Shown here piece by piece: positions 1 to 7,235 of a stretch of 64,000 nucleotides of DNA. The notes under the pieces are model-generated. The model made no database searches and was not told the DNA's origin. It was given only the letters and a program-made list of their open reading frames with translations. Position numbers and translations under genes: made by a program. The DNA comes from Verrucomicrobiota bacterium (GTDB lineage: Bacteria; Verrucomicrobiota; Verrucomicrobiia; Limisphaerales; UBA11358). Each line of letters opens with the position of its first letter. Position 1 is the first letter of the stretch. The stretch covers positions 104,622-168,621 of the forward strand of contig JBEKHY010000003.1 in assembly GCA_050012035.1 (NCBI GenBank). The letters run 5' to 3'.

Positions 1-1
1 C

Positions 2-370
2 TCGACCCTGATGGCCGTGCTGGGGCAGCGGCTCGTGCGGGTCATTTGCAAGAATTGCCGTACGCCGTTTGATCCGACGGAGGAACAATTGGCGCTGTTG
101 AATCTTTCACCGCATGATTTGGGTGGCAAGGTGTTTCACTACGGGCGCGGCTGCTCGACCTGCAACGACACCGGCTACCGGGGCCGGAAAGGCATTTTTG
201 AACTGCTCATCATCAGCGAAGCCATCCGCGCTCTCATCAACGAACGCGCGCCCACGGCGGTGTTGCGGCAGAAAGCCGTCGAGTTGGGCATGGTGACCTT
301 GCGCGAAGACGGCTTGCGCGGCATCTTTGAGGGTGATACAACCATCGAGGAAATCGTCAAATACACTTAG
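2..370 (+). CDS. gspE: Type II secretion / type IV pilus assembly ATPase GspE/PilB, C-terminal fragment (5' end outside window)
   Basis: The ORF is open to the window edge. The translation has the C-terminal tetracysteine module (CKNC...[19 protein letters not shown]) and tail typical of GspE/PilB ATPases. A gspF-like gene follows 5 nt downstream. Confidence 0.9.
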   Translation, partial: STLMAVLGQRLVRVICKNCRTPFDPTEEQLALLNLSPHDLGGKVFHYGRGCSTCNDTGYRGRKGIFELLIISEAIRALINERAPTAVLRQKAVELGMVTLREDGLRGIFEGDTTIEEIVKYT

Positions 371-375
371 TCGTT

Positions 376-1668
376 ATGCCAAAATTCAACTACGTGGCAC
401 TGGACGCCCGGGGCAACGAAACGAAAGGCACCCTTGACGTCGCCACGCAGAACGAGGCCATTGGCCGCGTGAAGGAAATGGGCCTGTTCCCGACCCGGAT
501 TACCGAGGCCGATAAGATGTCGGAAAGGCTGGCCGTCAAAAGGGCCAGGGCCGGCGGCAAAAAACGCGGCGCGCTCGACCTCCAGATCAAAATCCCCGGC
601 CTCACCGGCCGGGTAAACCAAAAGGTGTTGACGTCCTTCACGCGGCAACTGGCGACCCTGGTGGACGCGGGCCTGCCCCTCTTGCGCGGGTTGCGCGTGC
701 TCGAAAAACAGGAGCGCAATTCCGCGCTCCGAACCATCCTGGGCGAACTGGCCCTGGCGATCGAGGGCGGCAGCACCTTTTCCGAGGCGCTGGCGCAACA
801 TCCCAAGACCTTCAACCGTTTGTTTGTGAACATGATCAAGGCGGGTGAACTGGGCGGCGTGCTGGAAGTGGTTTTGAAACGCCTGGCTGAATTCTCCGAA
901 AAGGCGCAGAAGATCAAAGGCAAGGTCAAATCCGCGCTGTTTTATCCGATAGCCGTGATGCTTGTCGCGACCGGCATCTTGATCCTGTTGATGACATTTG
1001 TCGTGCCCCGGTTCAAGGAGGTCTTCGCCGGCATGGACGTTCAGATGCCGGACTTCACGCTCTTCGTGCTCGCGGTCAGTGACGCCGTCAGGCATAACAT
1101 TGTGAAGACGCTGGGGGCCGTGGCGGTGGCGTGGGTTCTCATCGTGCTGTTTCTCAAGACCAAAATCGGCCGGCTGTTGTGGGATAATCTCAAACTCAAG
1201 CTGCCGGCCGTCGGGCCGGTCATCAGCAAGGTGGCCATTTCCCGTTTCTGCCGCACGCTCGGCACGCTCGTCAGCAGTGGTGTCCCCATTTTGCAGGCGT
1301 TGACCATTGTGAAGGAAACCGCCGGCAACGTCGTCATCAGCAACGCCGTCGCCAAGGTGCATGACAGCGTGAAAGAGGGCGAAACGATCACCGCGCCGCT
1401 GGAGAGCGCCCGCGTCTTCCCGCCCATGGTGGTCAGCATGGTGGACGTCGGCGAGCAGACCGGCGCCCTGCCGGAAATGCTCCTGAGAATCTCCGACAAC
1501 TACGACGAAGACGTGGACAACGCCGTCGCCGCCATGACCTCCTTGCTTGAGCCACTCATGATTGTCGTTCTGGCGCTTATGGTCGGCAGCATCGTCATTG
1601 CCATGTTCCTGCCGCTGATCAAGATGATTACCACCCTCAGCGGGGGCGGGGCCGCGGGCGGCGAATGA
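376..1668 (+). CDS. gspF: Type II secretion system platform protein GspF/PilC family
   Basis: 430 aa. Carries the duplicated GspF domain (FTRQLATLVDAGLPLLRGL and FCRTLGTLVSSGVPILQAL) and hydrophobic TM segments. Lies directly after gspE. Confidence 0.9.
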   Translation: MPKFNYVALDARGNETKGTLDVATQNEAIGRVKEMGLFPTRITEADKMSERLAVKRARAGGKKRGALDLQIKIPGLTGRVNQKVLTSFTRQLATLVDAGLPLLRGLRVLEKQERNSALRTILGELALAIEGGSTFSEALAQHPKTFNRLFVNMIKAGELGGVLEVVLKRLAEFSEKAQKIKGKVKSALFYPIAVMLVATGILILLMTFVVPRFKEVFAGMDVQMPDFTLFVLAVSDAVRHNIVKTLGAVAVAWVLIVLFLKTKIGRLLWDNLKLKLPAVGPVISKVAISRFCRTLGTLVSSGVPILQALTIVKETAGNVVISNAVAKVHDSVKEGETITAPLESARVFPPMVVSMVDVGEQTGALPEMLLRISDNYDEDVDNAVAAMTSLLEPLMIVVLALMVGSIVIAMFLPLIKMITTLSGGGAAGGE

Positions 1669-1718
1669 TGTTGGTTGCCAGTCGGAACCCGTTCTTTGGC
1701 GGTAACAAAAAAAAACCA

Positions 1719-1748
1719 TTGACAAGTAATGGCACCTATGCGTAAATA
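1719..1748 (+). promoter_or_regulatory. Candidate sigma70-like promoter (TTGACA, 18 nt, TAAATA) upstream of the brnT-like gene
   Basis: TTGACA at 1719-1724 and TAAATA at 1743-1748, in the AT-richer gap after gspF. Sequence match only. Confidence 0.3.
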
Positions 1749-1794
1749 CATTGTAAACACATTGCATGGGCGTTCTATTTACAATTAGCCCCTT

Positions 1795-2088
1795 ATGGAG
1801 TTCGATTGGAATAATCCGCCCTTTGAAGTGGGTGGTTCTTTGGCTCAACGGGAAATTGAAGAGTCTTTTGAGGATCCGTTTGCCGTCCGGCTGTTGCCCG
1901 ATTCGCCGCGATTCGGTGTGCAGGCGCGGTTTTTCAATCTGGGCATGTCGGCGGGGGGCGTTGGCATCTGCAGCGTGTACCGGACGAACGGCCGGATGGT
2001 CCGGGTGTTGCACGCGCGCGCATTTGAACCGGAGGAGCGTTTTTTTTACCAGCGAAAGATGGACCAAACGTTGCAGGGTGACAGGTGA
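1795..2088 (+). CDS. BrnT-like (DUF497) toxin candidate
   Basis: 97 aa. Pattern MEFDW...IEESFEDPF...LGMSAGG...ICSVYRTNGRMVRVLHARAFEPEERFFY resembles DUF497/BrnT proteins. Followed by a CopG/BrnA-like antitoxin gene. Confidence 0.6.
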   Translation: MEFDWNNPPFEVGGSLAQREIEESFEDPFAVRLLPDSPRFGVQARFFNLGMSAGGVGICSVYRTNGRMVRVLHARAFEPEERFFYQRKMDQTLQGDR

Positions 2089-2139
2089 CACGTGACGGGT
2101 GACACGGCTTTATGCCACCGGTCACGTGTCACGTGACGC
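2077..2139 (+). repeat. GTGACA/TGTCAC heptad hairpin element, copy between brnT and brnA
   Basis: GGTGACAGGTGACACGTGACGGGTGACACGG ... CCGGTCACGTGTCACGTGACGC followed by TTTTTTAT, with the brnA ATG at 2146. Confidence 0.8.
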
Positions 2140-2145
2140 TTTTTT

Positions 2146-2421
2146 ATGCGGACCTTTGCCAGTTGGGAAGACGTGCCGCTCTTCGACAGCGAAGAAGCCG
2201 AGGCGGACTTTTGGTCGGAGAACCGGCCGGACCTGCGTTTGATGGAAGCGGCCACCGCCGGGAGCGCCGAGGCCTCCGAGTCGGTGACCATCACGCTGCG
2301 GATTGATCCACGGATGCTGGCGCGCATCAAGCGGCTGGCCCGGACACGGTATCTGAATTACCAGAGCATGATCAAACAGTGGTTGAGCGAACGGATGGAA
2401 GATGAATTGAAGGAACGATGA
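2146..2421 (+). CDS. CopG/BrnA-type antitoxin
   Basis: 91 aa. Pattern FDSEEAEADFWSEN...VTITLRIDPRMLARIKRLARTRYLNYQSMIKQWLSERM matches the CopG-antitoxin/BrnA ribbon-helix-helix architecture. Confidence 0.7.
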   Translation: MRTFASWEDVPLFDSEEAEADFWSENRPDLRLMEAATAGSAEASESVTITLRIDPRMLARIKRLARTRYLNYQSMIKQWLSERMEDELKER

Positions 2422-2432
2422 AAACGATAAAC

Positions 2433-2550
2433 GGTGACAAATGGCAGGTGGCCAGCCTTCGCCACGCTCCGGCACGGCAGGCAGGTGACAAGGCACCCAA
2501 CGGGGCGCGCGAGGCGTGTTCTCGTCACGTGTCACGTGTCACGTGTCACG
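2433..2550 (+). repeat. GTGACA/TGTCAC heptad hairpin element upstream of, and overlapping, the first pseudopilin start
   Basis: The left arm has GGTGACA / GGCAGGTG units. The right arm has four tandem GTCACGT heptamers (2524-2550). Confidence 0.8.
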
Positions 2551-3269
2551 CCATGGCTTTCACCCTTATCGAACTGCTCACGGTCATCTCCATTATCGCC
2601 ATGCTGGCGGCCTTCACCATCCCGGTGCTGAAGGGGATCAAGCGCCAGCAATACCTCCGGAGTGCGCAGGCGGAGATGGAGCAGATCGAAACGGCCATCG
2701 AACGCTACAAGGCCGCCTACGGCTTTTACCCGCCGGACAATCCCTGCGATCCCCGCGTCAACCAGCTTTACTTTGAATTGCTGGGAACGGCGGTCATCAC
2801 CAATGGCACCGTCCTGACTTATCAGTCGCTCGACGACCCCACCATCCAAATCGCAATTCCTACCCCGACCCAAAATGACTTTAAGAATGTCTTCGGCTCC
2901 GACGCGGGCGGGAACAATTGCGTGAATGGGTTTATGAACTGCACCAAGCCCGGTGCGGGCGAGGATACGCGCCCGGCCCAAAATTTTCTGCCCGGTTTGA
3001 AACCCGACCAGGTTACCGTCTTCACCAACAACTTCCCCGGGAACCAACTCCCGATTAAACTGCTGGTCGTTTCCGTCGGCGGGCCGGACTTTGCATATAG
3101 TCCGCTGGGCACAGGCGCGCAGGGCATCAACCCGTGGCGCTACAATTCCTCGAACCCGACCAACAATCCCGGTTCGTACGACCTGTGGGTTCAGCTTGCG
3201 ATCAGCGGGAAAACCAATCTCATCTGCAACTGGAGCAAACAAGTGCAGTTGAACAATACGCTGCCCTGA
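2529..3269 (+). CDS. Prepilin-type N-terminal cleavage/methylation domain pseudopilin (GspG-like N-terminus)
   Basis: Has AFTLIELLTVISIIAMLAAFTIPV, the class III signal/methylation motif. Start is ambiguous: GTG 2529 gives leader MSRVTCHAMA, ATG 2553 gives MA, and the track ORF starts at 2418 inside a repeat. Confidence 0.85.
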   Translation: MSRVTCHAMAFTLIELLTVISIIAMLAAFTIPVLKGIKRQQYLRSAQAEMEQIETAIERYKAAYGFYPPDNPCDPRVNQLYFELLGTAVITNGTVLTYQSLDDPTIQIAIPTPTQNDFKNVFGSDAGGNNCVNGFMNCTKPGAGEDTRPAQNFLPGLKPDQVTVFTNNFPGNQLPIKLLVVSVGGPDFAYSPLGTGAQGINPWRYNSSNPTNNPGSYDLWVQLAISGKTNLICNWSKQVQLNNTLP

Positions 3270-3473
3270 GTTTTTATGTGCGTCGCCACCCAATCCGGAT
3301 TCAGCCACAGTCAACGTCCGGTAGCCGTTGACTGGCAGGACTGCGGCTGGTGTCCGCTTATCATGGTGCAAGTGCCGGTGGCGGCGACGCCCCGTCGCCG
3401 GGCGGTAAAACCATTGTCCAGGCCATCGCTGCTTCAGTATCGCTCACGCCATGACCTTGCCTTTTTCACTACC

Positions 3474-4301
3474 ATGAAAACCATGCCGATTCGTTCACGC
3501 TGTCCCCGCGCGGGTTTCACCATCGTCGAATTGCTCACTGTCATCGCCATCATTGCCATTCTGGCGGCCATGCTGTTGCCGGTGCTGTCGGCGGCCAGAA
3601 AACGCGCGCAGAAGGTCCAGGCGCGCCTGGAGATTGACCAAATCGCGCAGGCCATCCTGAAATACGACTCGGATTATGGCCGGTTTCCGGTTTCAAGCGT
3701 CGTCCAGGCGGCGGCCACAAATGATTTCACCTACGGCGGCACTCTCGTCGATGCGGCTGGCTTTGTTACCCAGCCGGTGTACACCACGCCCACGTCCGGA
3801 GTCATGATGACCAACGAAGAGGTTATTGCCATTTTGATGGACCTCACCAATTACCCCAACGGCCAGCCGGTGCTGGCGAACATGAATTATCAGAAAAACC
3901 CGCAGCAGACGATTTACCTGAGCCCAAAAATGTCGGACTACAACCCGGCGGTTGATAAAGGACAGCCGCCGGGTGGCTTGGACCTGAACGGCGCTTACCG
4001 CGACCCGTGGGGCAATCCTTACATCATCACCATGGACTTGAACTACGACGAAAATTGCCGGGATTCGTTTTTCTGCTTGCAGAATGTGTCTCAACAAAAC
4101 GGCCAGACCGGTTTGGATGGGTTGTTCAATTCCGATCCGGGCGGCAACTCCGATAATTTCCAATATCACGGCAAGGTCATGGTCTGGTCTGCCGGGCCGG
4201 ATGGCATGATTGACCGGACGCCACTTCCCATGCCTCCGAATCCGTGGCGGGGAAGCGCCAATTCCGGAGTGAACAAAGACAACGTCCTGAGCTGGCAGTA
4301 A
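3474..4301 (+). CDS. gspG: Major pseudopilin, GspG family
   Basis: MKTMPIRSRCPRAGFTIVELLTVIAIIAILAAMLLP plus the GspG-type motifs DPWGNPY and WSAGPDG. ATG at 3474 gives a normal short basic leader. Confidence 0.85.
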   Translation: MKTMPIRSRCPRAGFTIVELLTVIAIIAILAAMLLPVLSAARKRAQKVQARLEIDQIAQAILKYDSDYGRFPVSSVVQAAATNDFTYGGTLVDAAGFVTQPVYTTPTSGVMMTNEEVIAILMDLTNYPNGQPVLANMNYQKNPQQTIYLSPKMSDYNPAVDKGQPPGGLDLNGAYRDPWGNPYIITMDLNYDENCRDSFFCLQNVSQQNGQTGLDGLFNSDPGGNSDNFQYHGKVMVWSAGPDGMIDRTPLPMPPNPWRGSANSGVNKDNVLSWQ

Positions 4302-4305
4302 AATG

Positions 4306-4413
4306 AAAAGTGACATGTGCCAAGTGATGCCAAAAGGTGGCAAGTGGCAAGTGGCAGGTGACAAGATAAGCCGCACGCCGCATCCGTGTCACGTGTCACC
4401 TGTCACGTGTCAC
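4306..4413 (+). repeat. GTGACA/TGTCAC heptad hairpin element (near-identical to the copy at 7083)
   Basis: aaaagtgacatgtgccaagtgatgccaaaaggtggcaagtggcaagtggcaggtgacaagataagccgcacgccgcatccgtgtcacgtgtcacctgtcacgtgtcaccc. Confidence 0.85.
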
Positions 4414-5232
4414 CCACCTGCCTTCACGCTCCTCGAATTGCTGGTGGTGATTTCCATTCTCGGCATCCTCGCCGCGCTGACCGTGCCGGCGCTCAAACAT
4501 TTCGGCAAATCGGACGTCACCATCAGCGCCTCGCGGCAGTTGCTCGACGGCGTGGCGCGCGCCCGCCAACTGGCCATCAGCCAGCGCACCACCGTCTATA
4601 TGGTTTTCGTCCCGACGAATTTTTGGGTGGTCGGGGGATTTGCTCCTCCCGCTGCCGGCAACACGTGGTGGGCCGGCCTGACCCCCGCCCAACAAATCGC
4701 CGCCACCAATTTGTGCGACCGGCAATTGTCCGGTTACAACTACATCGCCTGCGGCGCGATGGGTGATCAACCGGGGCAGCACGCCTGGCACTATCTCGCG
4801 TCCTGGCAAACGCTGCCGGACGGCGCGTTCATCGCCTTGATGAAATTCACCAATTCACCGAGTCAATACTTCACAATTACCGACCCGATTGATTCCACCA
4901 AGTCCTACAACGTTTACGGTTTCAGCGTTACCAACACGATCCCGTTTCCCACGGAAACGGCCACCAACGGCGTTTCGTTGCCGTACATTGCGTTCGACTA
5001 TCGCGGCCAGTTGGTTTCGGGAACGCATCCAGACACCGCCGGTAACGGCGAAAACATCCCGCTGGCGCAGGGCAGCGTGCTGCCCGCGATCAACCTCGAC
5101 ACCAAGGCGCTGCAATTCGGCGATGCCGACGCCGCGGAAATTCCGCCCGGCAACAGCACCAACATCGCCTACAAAATCGTCCACATTGACGGGCTGACCG
5201 GCCGCGCGGTTTTGGAATATCACCGAATGTGA
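4393..5232 (+). CDS. Prepilin-type pseudopilin
   Basis: Has AFTLLELLVVISILGILAAL. In-frame GTG at 4393 gives leader MSPVTCHPPA. The upstream ATG at 4303 lies in a repeat element that recurs at 7075. Confidence 0.8.
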   Translation: MSPVTCHPPAFTLLELLVVISILGILAALTVPALKHFGKSDVTISASRQLLDGVARARQLAISQRTTVYMVFVPTNFWVVGGFAPPAAGNTWWAGLTPAQQIAATNLCDRQLSGYNYIACGAMGDQPGQHAWHYLASWQTLPDGAFIALMKFTNSPSQYFTITDPIDSTKSYNVYGFSVTNTIPFPTETATNGVSLPYIAFDYRGQLVSGTHPDTAGNGENIPLAQGSVLPAINLDTKALQFGDADAAEIPPGNSTNIAYKIVHIDGLTGRAVLEYHRM

Positions 5233-5234
5233 CC

Positions 5235-6074
5235 ATGAACCTTCCCGTACGGCATCTTCAATTTTCAGGTAGGGCGGTCAGTCCCCTGACCGCCGCGGTC
5301 TGCGCGCAGGGGACTGCGCGCCCTACCCGTCATGCCGGTTTCACGCTGGTCGAGATTGCCATCTGCCTGGCCATCATCAGCGTGGCGCTGGTCGCCATCA
5401 TCGGCGTGCTGCCCATCGGCATGCGCACGCAGCGCGACAACCGCGAGGAAACCATCATCAACCAGGACGCCACCGTATTCCTCGAAGCCGTCCGCAGCGG
5501 CGCGCGCGGCCTTGACGACCTCACCAACTATGTCTATGCCATCACCAATTTCCGGGGTATTTATCCCGGCGGAACACTAAACACCTACGGCTACACTTTC
5601 CCCAACAACATTTTCACCAATATCGTCGGATTCTTAAGCACACCGGAATACACGGACGTTACCAACGGCACGCCCATCCCCAATCTCTTGTCCGGCGGTT
5701 ACAGCAATCACATCGTGGCCTACGTCCGCTCCTTGAGCGGGCCGGCGGTGGAAAAACCGCCGCAGGACAACGACATCATTCTGGGCGACGCTTTTGGCTA
5801 TCGCATCCTGTGCGTCAACGCGCCGGTGGCGACCGACACGAACGTCTTTGTGCTGCCTCCCGGCCAACGGCCTTACAACACGCAGCTTGCCGACAGCCTG
5901 CATGAGTTGCGGCTGACGTTTCTGTGGCCGCAACTGCCCAACGGCGGTGTGGGCGCCGGCCGCCAGACCTTCCGCACGCTGGTCGCGGGGCAAATCCTGC
6001 AGCTCACCAACAACAATCAAACGCTGTATTTTTACCAGCCGCAATCCTTCACCAACGCCGTCAACCCGCTGTGA
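5235..6074 (+). CDS. Prepilin-type pseudopilin
   Basis: Has AGFTLVEIAICLAIISVALVAIIGVLP. The only in-frame starts are GTG 5229 and ATG 5235, so the leader is unusually long and contains a REP hairpin. Confidence 0.8.
   Translation: MNLPVRHLQFSGRAVSPLTAAVCAQGTARPTRHAGFTLVEIAICLAIISVALVAIIGVLPIGMRTQRDNREETIINQDATVFLEAVRSGARGLDDLTNYVYAITNFRGIYPGGTLNTYGYTFPNNIFTNIVGFLSTPEYTDVTNGTPIPNLLSGGYSNHIVAYVRSLSGPAVEKPPQDNDIILGDAFGYRILCVNAPVATDTNVFVLPPGQRPYNTQLADSLHELRLTFLWPQLPNGGVGAGRQTFRTLVAGQILQLTNNNQTLYFYQPQSFTNAVNPL
5268..5327 (+). repeat. GGTAGGGCG-type REP hairpin inside the pseudopilin leader-coding region
   Basis: GGTAGGGCG-gt-CAGTCCCCTG ... CAGGGGACTG-cg-CGCCCTACC. Both stems are exact reverse complements. 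Confidence 0.85.
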
Positions 6075-6084
6075 AAACAAACCG

Positions 6085-6163
6085 AAAAGTGACAAGTGAC
6101 ACGTGGCATGTGACAAGGGCCGGCTCGCAGGCGACACCGCTTGTCACGTGTCACCCGTCACGC
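6085..6163 (+). repeat. GTGACA/TGTCAC heptad hairpin element
   Basis: AAGTGAC AAGTGAC ACGTGGC ATGTGAC ... TTGTCAC GTGTCAC CCGTCAC. Ends 1 nt before the TTG 6164 candidate start. Confidence 0.8.
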
Positions 6164-7078
6164 TTGCCGCGCCGTAGCGGAGCGAAGGCGGGCGCCTTTT
6201 CCCTCGTCGAAATCATGGTGGTGATCGGGTTGTTGTCGCTCATCGTGCTGGCGTTGATGGCGGTGTTCAACAGCGCGCAGACGGCGTTTCGGGCCAGCAT
6301 CACCCAGACCGACGTGCTGGAAGGCGGGCGCGCGACGATGGACCTGATGGCGGCCGATTTGCGGCAAATGGCGCCGTCATTGGGCAATAGCAATGATCTG
6401 ACCAGCGTTTATTACAGCACTAATCCGGTGAATTTTTACGCCAGCACCAACTCGTATTACACCCAGCCGTTAGTGCAACCCCTGACGGGCAGTGGTCAGT
6501 CGCGTACGAACGTGCTGGAAACCTTTTTCGTCCTGGGCCGTGGCAATCTGAACGGCCGTCCGACCTGGTTCGGCATGGGTTACGCGGTGGATGTGGCAAC
6601 GAACTCGAACTACTTGAACCCGCTTTATCACTTTTATATGACGACGAACGTCGAGGCTTCGCCCAATCCGGTGACACTTTTCACCAATTTCATGGCGTCG
6701 GTCGTAGCCGGCACCTTTACCAACGCCAACTGGAGCCATTTGCTCGACGGGGTGGTGGATTTGCGCGTGCGGGCCTACGACACCCATGGCCTCTGGATGA
6801 CCAACGGCTACACCTTCGGATACACCAACACCGCGCGCAACGTCCTCTTTCTTCCGTCCACCCTGGGCGAGTGCGGTTTTTACATGTTCAGCAACACGCT
6901 GCCCGCGTCGGTGGAAATCCAGCTTGGGGTGCTCGAAGACCGTGTGCTCCAGCGCGCCGCCACATGGCCGAACGGTTCCCAGCAGCAAAACAGCTACCTC
7001 CAGCAACAGGCCGGCAAGGTCCACCTCTTTCGCCAGCGCGTGACCATTTCCAATGTTGATCCCTCAGCCTACCAATGA
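6164..7078 (+). CDS. Prepilin-type pseudopilin
   Basis: Has GAFSLVEIMVVIGLLSLIVLALMAV. In-frame TTG 6164 gives leader MPRRSGAKAGA. The track start at 5924 overlaps the preceding gene by 150 nt. Confidence 0.75.
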   Translation: MPRRSGAKAGAFSLVEIMVVIGLLSLIVLALMAVFNSAQTAFRASITQTDVLEGGRATMDLMAADLRQMAPSLGNSNDLTSVYYSTNPVNFYASTNSYYTQPLVQPLTGSGQSRTNVLETFFVLGRGNLNGRPTWFGMGYAVDVATNSNYLNPLYHFYMTTNVEASPNPVTLFTNFMASVVAGTFTNANWSHLLDGVVDLRVRAYDTHGLWMTNGYTFGYTNTARNVLFLPSTLGECGFYMFSNTLPASVEIQLGVLEDRVLQRAATWPNGSQQQNSYLQQQAGKVHLFRQRVTISNVDPSAYQ

Positions 7079-7082
7079 AACT

Positions 7083-7235
7083 GAAAAGTGACATGTGGCA
7101 AGTGATGCCAAAAAGTGGCAAGTGGCAAGTGGCAGGTGACAAGATAAGCCGCACGCCGCATCCGTGTCACGTGTCACGTGTCACGTGTCACCCGTCACCT
7201 TTCCCCCGTCACGTGTCACCCGTCACCCGTCACCC
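7083..7235 (+). repeat. GTGACA/TGTCAC heptad hairpin element, expanded copy
   Basis: Same ~100-bp core as 4306-4413, with additional GTCACGT/GTCACCC heptamers (7165-7235). Confidence 0.85.

Noticed and set aside
367-2091. 574-aa minus-strand ORF overlapping gspF. Similar long antisense ORFs include 10249-11562(-), 13795-15117(-), 24643-26484(-), 28626-29645(-) and 55621-57369(+).
   Set aside because: They lie opposite genes with unmistakable conserved motifs. Their products are Arg/Gly/His/Ala-rich low-complexity sequence, typical of stop-codon-poor antisense frames in high-GC DNA.
2524-2550. Tandem heptamer arrays (also 7165-7235, 33088-33118, 61173-61203) as CRISPR arrays or as slipped-strand phase-variation switches.
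   Set aside because: They are not CRISPR: the units are 7 nt, there are no spacers and no cas genes. Phase variation cannot be judged from a single sequence. The arrays sit at or before the start codon, so frame-shifting logic is unclear. I kept this only as a possibility under the heptad-element finding.
2418-2552. N-terminal extensions of the pseudopilin ORFs in the track (starts at 2418, 4303, 5924, 7075, 3276).
   Set aside because: The extensions are translations of the GTGACA repeat elements; 4303 and 7075 are near-identical at DNA level. The 5924 extension overlaps the preceding gene. They would give 40-80-aa leaders before the G/A|F cleavage motif, so shorter starts are preferred but unproven.
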